Positions 1-13,599 of a DNA stretch of 64,000 nucleotides are shown piece after piece. The notes beneath the pieces were generated by a model. It saw nothing but the letters and a program-made list of their open reading frames with translations, searched no databases and had not been told where the DNA came from. The stretch comes from Cycas panzhihuaensis (Eukaryota; Plantae; Cycadophyta). The stretch covers positions 65,665,741 to 65,729,740 of the forward strand of contig CM041465.1 of the NCBI GenBank assembly GCA_023213395.1, given 5' to 3'. The position numbers were made by a program, and so were the translations under genes. Every line of letters starts with the position of its first letter. The stretch's first letter is position 1.

Positions 1-363
1 AACAAACGAGTCTAGAAGAGCGAAAATAGGATTCAAACGATGCGGCAAGTCAACCAAACAATGACGAGTCATCACACAGGCAGAGGTGGCACAAGCCAAG
101 TGGACCTTGGAGCGAGTAGGGAAGAATGCAAGAAGTGGAATGGCCATTGAGGTGCCACACTCACTGGGAATGTGCCCCTGCTATAGTCATCATAGGCTAA
201 GTAGGTGTAGACGAAGACAAAAATCGTCTACAAGGTCACAAACATGCAAACATGCAAGCAAACACTCATCAAAAGAAAGCGATGATAAGGTGAGAAGCAT
301 ACCTGCACTTACCTGAGTCAGCAATTCTATATCCATTCCTAGAAGTTAGGAAACAGACACCCA
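1..363 (-). mobile_element. End of an LTR of an OTA-type Ty3/Gypsy, inserted into the gag of a related older element; continues beyond the window start
   Basis: Ends in ...ACACCCA. Colinear similarity to 5520-5743 (CATAGGCTAA; TACCTGCACTTACCTGAG vs TACCTATGCTTACCTAAG; CCATTCCTAGAAGTTAGGAA vs CCATTCTCAGTGGCTAAGAA). Retains many CpGs. Confidence 0.7.
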
Positions 364-399
364 TTTAGAGGAAGAGTTATAGGGTAGGGTAAGTTCTAG

Positions 400-1240
400 G
401 TGTTGTACCCAACACTACAAGTCCTCATGGAAGCACTCACCATGAATGGAGCACCACTTCTTATCTAAGGAAGGTTTGGTATTCCTGGTTTAAGAAGAGT
501 GGGTATTTCTATTTTTGGGAGGTGCAGCTTGGGAGGCCTAATGGATGGACCTAGAAGGACTTAAAGGTGATAAAAAGGCTTGGAGCTTAAGCTCCTTCAA
601 CATACATTTGAATAAATATATAACAAAAGTCAATGGGTCTAAGGTCTTCTCCATTGAGTGGATATAAAGCCTTGGGAGTTATTACAATTATTGGTCACAC
701 GATGGAGGGGGTGCCTTGTATTATTGCGATGACTTGAGAGGTTTCTTAAGACCTTCCTAGATCTCAATGGCCTTAAGTACCAAGCATTTAGCTATGGAAG
801 AGTCGCACATTATTGCCCCCATTTTTAGGACTTCAACATAGACTTTAGGATAGAGGGTATTCACGAAAAGGCCCCTCTTTAATTCCTTGGGTAATGTGGC
901 CTTTGTGGAATGTAGAAGGTCATGAAAGTGCCCCATGGAGTCACGATTGATTTCATCATGACCTTGATTAAGTGAGAGTAGGACTTTGATCCCACTCTCG
1001 AAAGAATGAGCTATATCAAAATAATTGATAAATTAATCCACGAGTTTCTAGAAAGAATGAATGGAATATGTGGGGAGATGATAGAACCACTTGAGGATGT
1101 CTCCCTGAAAAGAATAGGGAAAGAGTTTCATTAAGATATGGTCATAGGCCGAATAGTCAATACATACCATGGAGAAGCTCCTGATGTGCTTGGTTGGGTC
1201 CTACAATAAAGTCCCATCAAATCTGGGTACCTTAAGGGGA
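400..1240 (-). pseudogene. gag: Retrotransposon gag (capsid-like domain plus CHHC-type zinc knuckle), degenerate
   Basis: Minus-strand translation KVPRFDG..DPTKHIRSF...ILMKLFPYSFQGDILKWFYHLP..SIHSF, and KKWCSIHGECFHEDL*C near 415-460. A Pro-rich N-terminal region extends toward ~2500. Confidence 0.8.
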
Positions 1241-2665
1241 TGAGGTGGTAGGTTAGTCCTAAGTGCATCAATGGATAATGGAGTTAGCCTATAGTCAATG
1301 AAGGGGTGAACCCTTGGTTGAGCTAATGGGTCAGCAACAAAAGAAGAAGGAGGTAGGTATACATACCTAAGTCTTCCTTAAGGAGTTTAAGTATGTAAAA
1401 GGTATGGGTTCCTTCCTACTTGGTGGGAGGGAACCATTCCCATTTGAAGAAACCTAAAAAGGAAGTAAGCAGGTAAGAGGGGCCCATTTCCCCTTGATGG
1501 TATGCCTCTTATTAAGAGGGGGCATGAGAAAAAGAACCTTAAGGAGAGGCAAGTCCCCCTTACAAAGGCATCATTTATGTGGTTACACATGAAGATGGAA
1601 AAGGTGGCTGTGGGATGGGATTTTGCCCATATGGGCCACCTATAAGAGGTGTGACTCCATATGGGTGAAGTGAATCCACCCCATAAACTGGAAGGGGATT
1701 TTCCTTTCCATGCCCCTATGGTTGCGATGTATATCCCAAGGGTAGGTAAAGGGAAGAATCTCTTGGTTGAGATTGGGGGTGCATGGAGATAGATCCTATG
1801 TGGCCTAAATACGGGGGACATGAGAGTCCCTTAAGTCCTATAAGAGGGGCATGAACCACAGTCAATTGAGGTGTGGTTACTTGACTTCAAAGAGGCATGC
1901 TTAACCTTATTTAAGATATGATCATACCTTGGATAGTCCCTTAGGCGTGAGGGATGTGCGAAGAAGATGGAACAATAGAGGGTGGCCATGTCATGGCCAA
2001 AAGTATGGATTGTGAAGGACTAGGGGGCACAGATGGGGAAGAAGGAATTACCATACTACGAAGAATGTTTTCCAGCCACTTCGAGGGTGGTTGGGGACTT
2101 ATAACTTGGAAACATTACTACAATGCTTCTACAACATCTAAGGAGGGGTCCCTAATTGTTCACATGATGTGGAAGGCTCCTCATGCGAAGTGGAATCTAA
2201 AGGTTGATCCCCATGGGAACTTTAGTCAAGGAGGTGGTACTCCATGGAGGATGACATGCCCACATCATGCGTGGGGAAATGGTGGAGGTCTGAGTGTTCT
2301 TGATCACCCAAATAGAAGAGAGGGTCATTACCCTCTTAGGCGAGTCCCTGGAAAGAGGTTGAAGTTTATGGTTCTATTTCAGAAACATAGGCATGGTATG
2401 TCCATTTTGATAGATATCCCTCCATAGCCAATTCAAAATCAGATAAGGGAATGGAGGAATATGAAGACTCTTCTAAAGTGGAAGGGAGACCATATAAATG
2501 ACAAGAAAATCATTGCATTCATATCTCACTTAGAACTTTGGAAGAGCAAGTGTAAAAGCAAAAGAAAAGGTGTTGGGGGCTACCCAACAAATCTAGAAGG
2601 TATAAATAAAAGGAGAAAGGCAACACTAACACAAGGGAAAATTATAATATTCCCTTACTGATAGT

Positions 2666-2683
2666 TCCCTAGTGTGGTCACCA
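2666..2683 (-). promoter_or_regulatory. Primer-binding site, non-Met type (TGG...GGGA, as in OTA elements)
   Basis: The reverse complement TGGTGACCACACTAGGGA lies 1 nt from the LTR terminus and resembles the PBS at 58945-58962. Confidence 0.65.
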
Positions 2684-2684
2684 G

Positions 2685-5600
2685 TGGAAGCACATCTTTG
2701 GGAGGTCACTATAGATAAGTGCTCCTAAGCCAACCCCATAACTACAACAAGGGCCTAGAAACCTCAAAAGGAGGATAGGTTACCCTAAAAGGGGTGTCTA
2801 TATATTAGAACATAGGTTCAGGGACTCATAAATAACACTATGACCTTCCCTTCTTTCTAAGTACGTTCTAGGGCTTGGTTTGGGCAAGAGGCATCCTCAG
2901 GTTACCAAATAGCCATAGATGGGCTCTCGTTCCCTTAAGGTGAGAGGGAAAGGAAAAAGGGCTTCCTTTTGAGGAGGAGGCAAGAGGATAATAGTTCCTT
3001 GTGGAAAGGAAACCTTAGAGCAAGAAGAAAGAGTGATTGTTGTTGTAAGTATGTGTATATTTAGTTTATTATTTAGTGTATATTTAGTTTATTATTTAGT
3101 TTCAAATACCATAGAAACAAGTAGGTTTTAGGGGTTTCTCCTTGGGTTGCAAGGAGATGGAAGGTAGGTTGGTGTTTACTTGTTACAGGATAGTTTTGTT
3201 ACCAATTGATAATTATTGCAATGTTTTACATTGTAAATAAGAGATGATATCAAATTAAACTAACTACTCTCCCTCACCCTCTTTTCGTTTTCTCTCAAAA
3301 GGTTATTCAGAGGATGAGAGGGAAGAGCAAGAATGCAATGACTATCCACATGTAACCATTTCTTTTTCTCAATGCAACTAATGAGAAATATGCAATAATG
3401 TTTCCTATTAGTACGAGAAAAGGGATTAAGTGCACTTTCTTTTGTCCTTTTAATATGCAACATGCAGAGTCAAAGGGAAAGGAGAAACATGCAACACTTT
3501 GTTTCTAGTACGAGAAGAGAGAAGAAAAGATGCTTAGTTAATGCTATACTTTTCCTTCATTATGTGATATATAAATGCACAAAAGAAATAAAAGAATAGA
3601 ACTCTGTTCCTTTCAATATATTCCTTGTTCAAAGGTAAAGAGAGGGGTGAAAAGAGTGAAGGAAGGGAGAGGGTGAGTAGAGTGTACCTAGAAATATGTT
3701 AGTTGGTGAAATGACACGATCCTTCTCTTTGCATTCTCTTTATCAGTAGCCTTGCCTCCCTTTCCATTATGACCATCATAGGTAAAGCTTGAGAAGGGCT
3801 TCTTTACCTTCCCCAAGATGCTTCAAAGTAAGTAAAAAAATGGAAATAAAAGAAGGTGAGTGAGTGGAAGGAGAGAATAATACCTTTTGTTGCAGTGTCA
3901 CTTTGCTTATGTGAAAAAGCAACCGACCTTATGCTTATGGCAAATACATGCAAACCCTTACAAGTAACAAGTGTGTGTGTGTATGTGGGTGTCTATATAT
4001 ATATGTATGTATATATATATATAGTTGGCATGTGTGTTCTACCTTGGTGAGAATAAAAAATTACTTCTTATAACAAAAGAAAAATAATGGTAATCAGTAT
4101 ATTATTCTCCTTACATACATCAATATCCTTGTGCAACCATGAAAAAGGAAAAGGGGGTTGAAAGAAAGAGGGGATGATGGTCTCAGGATGGCTAGCTCTT
4201 ATGAATGAAACACCTTCTAGATAGCTAGGTATTGTATAAATTAGGAGGGAATGAATGGTTTAGACAAAATAGGTGTAAGGGTTTGTAAAAGCTATAAATA
4301 TTGTAAAAAATGAAAATGTTATAAAAGTTATAAATATTATAAAAGATGTAAATGTTGTAAATATTACAAAAAAAAGATGTAAGTATTATGAGGACCGTAC
4401 TGTACAGGATACACTTGTGTATCTAGTGGGTTGGTGCAAAGAAACTTGAGAAGTAGGGATTGCCCTAGAGGGAGTGGCATTAGGAGTTGGAACTCCAGTT
4501 GTTCATCCTCCTTTTGTCTTCTCAAGGGTGGCCCAAAACTTGTACTACCATAGGCTAATGCAAACCTTAGGCTAGGATAATGATAGAAAGAGGAGATGAG
4601 AGGGTTTACCTCTCTTTGCCTAGCAAAACAGAATAAGATGCATACCAAACATATGTTAGGAGGTGCAAAAAAATGAAATAAGGGATATTCAAAGGAAAAT
4701 AATGAGAGAAAACATGTTCCCAACTATAGAAATCTACACAAGTTTGGAGTTACCTTGTAATCAAGAGGAATGGTGATCAAAACCCTACTTTTCTTGTAAA
4801 GTTGGGCCTTTTTAAGTGTAGAAACCCAAGGAGGATTAATTGTTGATGCCTTGTTGAGCTTGAGAACAGAGTAACCTCGCTGAAAAAATCCTTGATTCAG
4901 ACATGTAAGCTAGGGTTTCTTCCTTATTGAACTTATGATAGAAGAAAAGAAGAGAAGAGAGGAGAGGAGAGCCATTTCTAATCATGAGAGATTTAAAATG
5001 AGTTCAAAATTAGGTTTTTATATCCTAATTAGGGTTTTGGAGATGTTAGGGTTTAGTTTAGGTAGGAAAGACTCCTCAACCACATGTTAGATACATAATA
5101 AATATAAATTTGGCTATTTTCTAGCTACAACAATTAATGGAAATTTGCCCTATGGAAAAGTTTGAAGTACCACAAAGTTTAAAGGAATGTCATAAAGTTT
5201 GAAGCAGTGTGAAGAAATATAAAGGAAAAATAAAAAATAGCCTAAAGTAATATAAAAAAACCTAGGCCCAAGGGTATAGAGATAGAAATTTGAGGGCTAG
5301 TAAGGTAGGGGATCTAGGAAGTGGTTGGGATCCCAAATACATGAAATGGTGAAAGCCAAACATCAATGTTGATATAAAAAGATATTAGTAATCAAGCAAG
5401 TTAAAACCCAACCTAATGAGTTATACGATGAGCTATAAATAAGTCAAGAGGGGCTACAAAGGCCCATGAGTACTTACAAACTCTAGGGAGGTGTTTCTAG
5501 AAGCTATATGCTACCACAAGACCATGGTCCTAGTTGTCATAGGCTAAAATACAGTCACAAGAATGTATTAGACAAGCAAACCAAGTAGCAAGACAAGCCA

Positions 5601-5743
5601 TGCAACCATATCATGCCATTGAAACCATAAATACATCTCATCATACCATAAAAATAGACGGGACAAGAGATATGAATGTATACCTATGCTTACCTAAGAG
5701 ATGCTGCTCCTACCCATTCTCAGTGGCTAAGAACCAATGCCTA
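2685..5743 (-). repeat. Long (~3 kb) 5' LTR of the Gypsy element
   Basis: Bounded by the PBS on one side and by homology to the LTR end at 1-363 on the other. Non-coding, with short tandem duplications and a (GT)n/(AT)n tract at ~3970-4022. Confidence 0.6.
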
Positions 5744-6998
5744 AATGTTATCATTATGGAAAGTTAGGTTATATCAAGAAGGATTGTTAGGTATGAAGAT
5801 AATAATGATACTCTCGATAGCCTTATAATCAACCGTAATAATAAAAACAACAATGATGACAATAACAACCACCTAGTCAACATGGTCTTGTGATGGAATT
5901 AGTTAAAGATATACCTAACATAATCATAATATAGTTGTTTATTACCATATATGAAATAGATTTTACTATACTAGATGTATGGTTTATTGATTAAGTGCTT
6001 TAGAACACATGCCTAGAAGGTTGAGATGGTTGATTGAGATGTGGCAAGTGAATCAAATTGTTACTATTAGGAATAACTCTAAGTTGGAGGTGATTAGAAT
6101 TTGAAAGGTACCATTTACTTTATTAAATGGTGATAAATGGTATTTAGAAAATATCTTCTACATACCAAATTTAAAGTTAAATCTTATTTTAGTTAGTGTG
6201 ATTAAACAACAGGATATGACTATAATATTTTCTTGAGGATAATATATGATCTAAGACAAATAGAATAAGGTTGTACTCATAGGACTTAGAGAGAATAATA
6301 TATACAAACTATAAGGATACTCTTATGGAAAAAGGAAATTCCTTAGTGTATCACCAAAAAAAAAATTATGGCATAAAAGAATGGGTCATTTAAACTACTC
6401 TAGTCTCTAAGTGATGTATAAATTAAAAATGGTATATGGTCTACCTTTGATTAGCCATAAAAATTATTTATGTGAACCCTATATTTTAGGTAAACAACAT
6501 ATAGAACTATATTTGAAAAAGAAAGTATAGAGAGTGAATGGAAATTTAGGATTAGTTCATTTTGACATTTATATACCAATGCTTATCATCTTGCTATGTG
6601 GAGTGAGATATTTCATCACTTTCATTGGTAACTTTCAAGAAAATTCTTGGTTTTTCTACTAAGAAGAAAATAGCATAGCTTCACTTACTTCAAATAGTCC
6701 AATGAGTTGATAAAGAATAAAAGTAGACATAAAATCAAAGTCTTATGAATCACTAATGGTAATGAGTATACTTCAAATAAATTCACTTAGTTTTATAAGG
6801 ATCATGGAATTTAGAGGTAATTTACTACTGCTTATATCCCTTAATGTAATGGAATTACTAAGCAAATAAATAGAACTTTGGCTAAAAAGTCAAAGTGATG
6901 ATGAAAATAAAGGGTGTTATAGGTTTCTTATGGGTAGAAGTTATGAATATAATAATATATCTAATGAACATAAGTATTACAAAGGCTATGAGGAATAT

Positions 6999-9722
6999 TG
7001 TTAGACCTAATGTCTATTACATTAACTTAACATATATACAAAGATATCTTGGAACCATATCATTTGACATTTGAGAAAAGATAATGTTATTTTATTAAGT
7101 TACTTATTTTTTATTATATTTTAAATTCTAGGTTGAGGAGGACTCATGCCCACCTCCCAAATAAATATTTTATGTGTCAAAATGCTAGTGTTTTTTAACA
7201 CCACTAAACTTATAGAAATGATTCTAATCTTTATAATATGGATTAAAATGAATTTTAATATAGATTGATTTACATTTACATCTACTCTACTTTGTCTCCT
7301 CCACAATCTTCATTTGGTATCAAAGTCTTGTATATGTTATTTGGTAGTCTCATTGAGGGTCCATATGACCTCAGTTTTTATATCAGGGGGCAGATTTGAA
7401 AACCCATTTAGCTATATTATATAATTTTAGATTTAAAAAAAATAATATTTTTTAATAATTTTTTAAAGTCCATAAGCCCCTTTTGGTGGTCATATTAGTC
7501 CTTAAGGTGACTAGGGCCTAACTTGTCTAAGGGGCTTAACCCCCCCTCCTTTTATTTTTTTACCTTAAAGAGGTTTTATCATAATTTTCATTATAACATT
7601 TGATCTAGGAGTCTATTTTTCAAACAACTAGATCCATTGGAAAGGTATTTTAATTTTCTATACATTGAAATAGTGTTTAATGAGATTTGAAGTTGTTTTA
7701 TAGGGTTTTGAGGTTGGTGAAGTTAAGTCTTATGGTTGACTATATTTTAGCTTATTTTCAACTATTATAAGTTATTTCTTCATTATAACTTAGCATACTT
7801 ATATACTATTAAGCTACTAATCTATTTTTGATAGTTCTTATCTATTTTTAGGTCACAATTGGATTTTATAGCCTTTTATTTATACTTTGACATCCTGAAA
7901 AAGAAGGATACTTTTGGAAATAAATGTTTCAAACTGATGCTCTCTAACTTTTCATACTTCTATTCTAAAGCTACTACTTTATTTCTTAGCTCATAAATTT
8001 TACTTTAGAGCTTATATAAAGTATATTTTTTGCCTATTTTAAGGTCATCTTGCTTCTTTAAAGCATTCTTTTAAACTACATTTAAGGTCAAATAAAAAAG
8101 TATATTTTAGGGTTACATTTAAAGCATACCTTGCATTTTTGTAGATTGAAAAGGGCTCATATAAAAGTATATTTATTGCTCATACATATTTCAGTTATTC
8201 ATCTATATAATGAAGCTCAATTTAGCTCCTTTATGCTCATTTAAAAGTTAATTTTGGTTTATTAGTAAAGCATCTTCAAAGTTGATTTAAGGTCATCTCT
8301 ATTATACTTAAAAGCTCAAATAAGGTGCATTATATTACATAATTATAAGGTCATTTCATAGGCCTTTACCTTTTAAGGTTTACTTATATCATTTTGAAAA
8401 TATTATTGGTTGTATATTTGTTTCATTTCAAAAGGAGAACATTTATCCTCTATTATTTTATTTAAAAAGAGATATACTTTTCATCTTATTGCCTAGTTAC
8501 CTTCTTTTTATTGATTAAGAAGGAATCTTGTTAAAAGTTCATGTGAAAGGAGATTTATTACATGTTTCAAGTTATTTATTCACTTGAGGTTAAAAGGATT
8601 CTTATTTATTTATTAAGACCATATCTTTTAGATTATGTATTAAATTTGTTTTACAATGATAATGAATATTAGTAACATAAGCTTTCCCATATTTGATAGC
8701 ACTATTTTTTCATTTTGAAAAAAATTGATGAAAATATTATTTATCACTAAAAATCTATGGAATTATATGAATGTCGGTTACCATAAATTAAGTGTTAATT
8801 CTATTTTAGAGAAAGAATAAATATTTAAATAAAATACGAGAAAATATAATTAGGCTTTATCCTTAATTTTTTATGCATTAGATGACACTATAGTTACTAG
8901 TATAAGCGAAATGACCACATCTAAAAATACATAGGATACCTTGGAATTAGTTTATGGGGAAGACACTATAGAACTAGTTGAAACTAATTATATTGATTAT
9001 GTTTTTCATGTAGGATAGATGTTAGAGTAGGTTAACATTATTAAAATGATTAATGCTATATATACTATTAAAGAGTCCAACAAAATTGATAGACATATTG
9101 TTATATTTGATGAGATTATGTGTACTTTTGACTTGATTGACTCTATTAAGGCAAAATATCAAGAATATGAATATCTTAAAGAAGCCACACCCACTCATTC
9201 AAATCAAGTTTTGAAGCCACATGAACCACACTTTGTTGAAGAATACTATATTACAAGGACAATAATGTAGATTGATGATCACTTCAAGGATGGTGACAAA
9301 GCTAATGGACAAGTGTTTAATATCTCTTTTAAATTTTTCCTAAAGTATAAGTTTTACAAATTTAAAGAGAAGTTTGATATTTTATATAATGAACATTATG
9401 TAGGAGAATGTTAGGCCTAATGTTCATTACATTAACTTAACATATATGCAAAGGTGTCTTGGAACCATGCAAGTTGACATTTGAGAAAAGGTAATGTTAT
9501 TTTATTAAATTGCGTATTTTTTATTATATTTTGAATTTTAGGTTGAGGAGGGCTCCTAACCACCTCCTAAATAAATATTTTAGGTCTCAAAACCTTGGTG
9601 TTTTTGAACACCACCAAACTTATAGAAATAATATTAATCTTTACAATATGGATTGAAATATATTTGAATATGGATTGATTTACATTTGCACCTGCTCCAC
9701 TCTATCTTCTTTATAATTTTCA
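6999..9722 (+). mobile_element. Non-autonomous gag-only Copia-type LTR element (TR-GAG-like), 2.7 kb
   Basis: LTRs 6999-7312 and 9409-9722 (TG...CA, 314 bp). PBS TGGTATCAAAG at 7315. PPT-like TAGGAGAA before 9409. TSD AATAT/AACAT. No pol. Confidence 0.92.
8656..9270 (+). pseudogene. gag: Copia-type gag N-terminal remnant
   Basis: M..NISNISFPIFDS..F*KKLMKILFITKNLW...ALSLIFYALDDTIV..I....TSK..*DTL matches the Copia gag N-terminus and resembles the gag start at 46269. Confidence 0.75.
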
Positions 9723-12700
9723 AACATAACCCTTAAGGAAGCTTAGTTAAGTGGGAAACCAAGTATAAGTCATTTTCGAATCTTTGGATATAATACATAC
9801 ATGCATGTTCCAAAAGAGAAATAATAAAAGTTGGAGAACAAAGAACGAAGTATATCCTAGTTAGATATTTTGAGGAAAGCAAAGCTTACAAGGTATATGA
9901 GTTATTAGCTCTAAATATTTATATAACTCATGATGTTATTTTTTATAAAGATGAGATTTAAGATGTTGGCTTAACTAAGGTTAAGGATTAGGTAGAGGAG
10001 TTGCTTGAATATAAGACTTTACATGATATTATTCAACCTTAATATAAGCCATTTGATATAGGCGAATAAGAAGAATTGGAATCCCTTTAGTTTTTAGAAG
10101 TTGAATCTAAGTAAGAATGAACTAAACTTGAAGCTAAAGCCAAATCTAGAGAAATTATCTAATTCATCACTTTTATCTTCAAAGAAGATGTTTCCAAAAT
10201 TACATATAAAAACTATAGAGGATGTTGAGAAACTACTACATAGATTTAAATAAAAGAAAAACTAAAAATGTGACCTTCTAAATAGGGTAACACAGCTCTT
10301 ATAACACATATATTATATACAAATAAACCATTAATAATTAAAGAACTAGTTAAAGAGAAGAAGTGGAATGGTACTATAGAGTCTAAAATCCAAGATATTA
10401 GAAATAACCACATATGGGATATAATTGAATTATCTCCTAACAATTATATAATTAGTTTCAAATAGATCTATAAGAAAAAGTTTAAATTAGATAGATCTAA
10501 AGATAAGTACAAAACTTAACTTATAGCAAAAGGATTCAAGTTAGTAGAAGGGATTGACTACCAAAAAACATTCTCTACTATTATAAAGATGAATATAATT
10601 TGATTTATTATGGTGATAACTATACAATTCCATTAACAACTATGCCATATAGATGTGAAGAGTGCATTTTTGAATGGGTATTTAAACATAGAAGTTTACA
10701 TGGAGTAACCACCTAGCTTTGTTAAAAAAGATCAAGTGGTCTTAGTATGTTGACTCAAAAAGGCCTTATATGGCCTGAAATAGGCTCCTACATCCTAGTA
10801 TAAAAGGATTGATTAGTACTTTATGAATAATAGATTTGATAGATCTTCAACTAACTTGAATCTATATATTAAAGAAGAAACTGATAAAATCATGTTTATG
10901 GCGTTATACGTTGATAATCTACTAAACAAAAGTAATGATATCATTGTAATATCAAACTTGAAAGTAGATCTCACTCATTTCTTTGAGGTGATGGATCTAC
11001 AAATTTTACATTACTTCCTTACTATGAAAGTATAACAAAGATCTAATCATGTCTTTATCTTGTAGGTGAAGTACACCTAAGAAATTCTTAAAAAATTGAT
11101 AATGGATTATTATAAACCTCTACTTACCACCATGGGGATAGATTTTCGATTAATAATTGAAAATAATGAAGTAAATGTTGATTAAAAATTGTATAAGAAA
11201 CTAGTAGAAGTCTAAAATATCTAGTTACTACAAAACTTGATATATATTTTGTAGATAGAATAATATCTATATTTATGGCAATGCCAAAATAGAGCAACTA
11301 GAAATCTACAAAAGATAATTTTAAAATACTTTAAAGGGATAATTTAATATGGACTTAAATTTTGTTATAATGATAATTTCAAGTTGATAGGATTTATAGA
11401 TTCTAATAGGGCCAAATATACAAATAGAATAAGGTCAATTTTTATCTATTATTTTAGTTTGGGATTAATTACTATCACATGGACTAGTGAAAAGTAATCA
11501 AATATTGCTTTATCTTCAATTAAAACTTAGTATAAGGCTATAATTTTAGTTACTACTTAAGCCATTTAATTATGATAGATTATGAAGGAAATGAACAACT
11601 ATAATTAGAACCATCTTATATTATGATAATCAAAGTACTTTGAAGATTACAATCAATCTTATATTCCATACTTATATCAAATATATTAAAGTGTACCATC
11701 AATTTATTTGATCTACTATGCCACATTATGTGGTTTATACTCCATTAGATCAATTCCTTTCTCTAAGAATTCTTCATTAAAATCAAAGTCTATCTCAGTT
11801 GGTTAGCTATTTAAAATTCTTATTATTTCTTCTTTCTTTTTTTCTACTACAAGTTTCCTTATCTTTTTTCTTTCCTCATCTATACTCCCAGGTTTGGTTA
11901 ATTGTTGTGCTAGCTGAGACTCATCTTCTAGAAATTTCTACTTAACTATCACCCTACCTTCTCTCTTTTTTTTTTACCCCTTCTGATTTTTTCCTTTTTA
12001 TTTTTCTTCTTCTTTCCATCTTCTTTATTAGTCTCTTTTTGTTTATTCTATGCTTATTCTTTAGCTAGTGAGGTAATCTCTTCTCACTGCCTTTTATTTT
12101 ATTCTTCTTCCTATAGTATATATTAGGGACTATTTGTATTATTATTTTGTAAGAACTAGTCTTTTACGTTTTCTTATATTTGATTCAACTATCATTTTTT
12201 TCGTTTTCTAAAATGTTCTATCTAACAAGTTAGAATTGATTGTCCTTGCTTAATTTGAGGTTGATCTAAGCCTAGACATTATGAATATAATAAACCTTGA
12301 AATAGAGTTTAATGGTAAAACACTGTAGATTAAGTTCTAATCTTGATATTATTCAACTTCTCTAAAAGCTTACCAGATATTAAAAAAGCCTAATTAAAAA
12401 TTTCTCCTTGTGCTACTCTAAGAAGCATAGAGTGTGTCTTTGTTAAAACATACAAATTCTTTTGACTTAATATAACTTGAGTCAAGAGGAAGTGAGTGAC
12501 CCATTGTCTTTTCTCTACTATAATACTTGTAATTCATATTCTTGAAGTAGAGATATCTAATATTTTAGTGGCTATTTGCTTTGCTACCTATTATCAAGGA
12601 ATTCTTTTATCCTTAGTACCTCCTTGTGTGAGTCGGGTAGACTTAAAATCTATATAATAACTTTGGAAAATATGGCTAATAAATTAGGTCGATATGCCAT

Positions 12701-13599
12701 CAAATAAACCATTATTGTCATAACACTAGATGCTAATGGAAATAGTCCCATTTCCATATATTGGATAAATCATGCTTTCTTCAAGTTTATTTTTCTTTCA
12801 TTTGTATTCAACATAGTATTCTATTCTTCTCTAATTCTTTCATCATCTGTGTCCTAAAAAATAATATGAATTTCCATGTTATTTTTATTTCCAAGCTCCC
12901 ACTACCACTTCTAATGATTATTCTATTTTTACTTTATTTCCTTGCTATAGATTCTTTACCGACTATATTGCATTCCACATATCCTACAAAACCAATATCA
13001 ATATAGGTTGTAATGCCTGAGTTATAACTAGGTCACATCATTATTACTTATCATTGTGCACGATAGCCCCTTATCATGACCAAATCTACCACAAATACTC
13101 ACCACTATGTTTTATTATGGATTTTTATATCTTATCATGATTACTTGTTACTCAAATTATATCTATTTTGTGGTCATATCCTCATTGATTTGACTACTTG
13201 ATGGTAATTATGGATGTTATGATTTTTTACTTATCCTAAAAAATCTTTTCTAATTCCATTAATTGTCTTGGCTAAAAAGCATTTTACTTTCCCTCTATTT
13301 TCTTAGGTCAGTATATTTTATAAGGTAGATCATAAATTTTGCACAATCTTATTTATTGATTCTTTGCTTATCTTCTTATTACACTGATTGATTTCCTTTT
13401 ATGAATTATAATCATCTTTATTCAACTTTTTTGTTAGTCAAACTTGCAACATCCATCCTCCAAGTTACTACTTCCTTTGTTAAAAAAATTACCACTTCCT
13501 TTATCTCTAGTTGTCATCTTTCTTACTCAAAATTATATCCTTCTAACTAAGATGATATCCTTCTCAAGTTACAACTATTTTCTTTTCTAGCCAGATTAT

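Larger units (their letters stand above)
364..5743 (-). mobile_element. 5' part of a degenerate non-chromoviral (Athila/Tat, OTA) Ty3/Gypsy element: 5' LTR, PBS, gag
   Basis: PBS-like TGGTGACCACACTAGGGA at 2666-2683 (minus strand) next to a TG at 2685. Gag motifs lie downstream. The LTR end at 5743 abuts a Copia zinc knuckle. Confidence 0.75.
5744..11712 (+). mobile_element. Degenerate Ty1/Copia gag-pol (zinc knuckle, PR, GAG-pre-integrase, INT, RT, RNase H); LTRs not visible
   Basis: CYHYGKLGYIKKDC at ~5745; DVWFID*..HM at ~5975; LWHKRMGHLNY at ~6366; integrase reads KAMRNI|TP*EA across the 6999-9722 insertion; DVKSAFLNG at ~10652; LYVDN at ~10905; RNase H GFxDS at ~11390 and DNQS at ~11625. 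Many stops. Confidence 0.92.

Noticed and set aside
1387-2427. ORFs of 144 and 157 aa as host genes
   Set aside because: They are alternative-frame or antisense readings of the Pro-rich gag N-terminal region.
3194-3207. Met-type PBS-like GTTTTGTTACCA followed by TG
   Set aside because: It has several mismatches and no partner LTR. The site at 2666-2683 fits the element better.
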